Shown piece by piece: positions 63,866 through 64,000 of a stretch of DNA of 64,000 nt. Every line of letters starts with the position of its first letter. Positions within the stretch are counted from its first letter, which is position 1. The stretch lies in NCBI RefSeq assembly GCF_037042905.1, contig NC_087247.1:47616001-47680000 (forward strand). Direction: 5' to 3'. The position numbers were made by a program, and so were the translations under genes. Source of the DNA: Lytechinus pictus (taxonomy: Eukaryota). Under the pieces are notes generated by a model. The model saw nothing but the letters and a program-made list of their open reading frames with translations. It was not told where the DNA came from and searched no databases.

Positions 63866-64000
63866 TGTGATGTTATATTCAAAATATTGCGAGAAGTAAA
63901 ACATTACTCTGACCCCTCAGTGAGAAAATTTGCATCACGTTCATGTGAAATTACTCCCCCCCCCCATGCAGTTGCATTTTCCTTCTTGAAATCGCCATCA

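Overview
AT-rich, intron-rich animal genomic DNA. The repeat families and the Deu-domain SINE suggest an echinoderm such as a sea urchin; this is inference. There are two convergent protein-coding genes. (1) A complete peregrin/BRPF1-family chromatin scaffold on + with 11 coding exons (7453-33710, ~1293 aa: C2H2 finger, EPC-like, PZP, bromodomain, PWWP). All introns are GT-AG and phase-consistent. (2) The 3' ~930 codons (15 exons, 62572-42716) of a MET/RON (HGF receptor)-like tyrosine kinase on -, covering the end of Sema, PSI, 4 IPT, TM and an intact kinase; its 5' exons lie beyond the window. Introns are packed with non-autonomous elements: TTAA-flanked Kolobok-type MITEs, Harbinger/hAT/Tc1-type MITEs, Helentron-type elements with internal tandem arrays, tRNA-SINEs, and L2/RTE fragments. 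The most notable observations are: (a) dozens of TACATGTA / TACWGTA / TANNNNTA motifs that can be shown to be insertions at TA sites and match Tc1/mariner excision footprints; (b) a 54-bp TSD-flanked insert that is essentially a Penelope-type minimal hammerhead ribozyme, at the core of a four-level transposon nest; (c) a young 6.4-kb Academ-like foldback element whose TIRs are built of higher-order satellite repeats; (d) signals for a PWWP-less BRPF isoform. All coordinates were read by eye and no searches were run.
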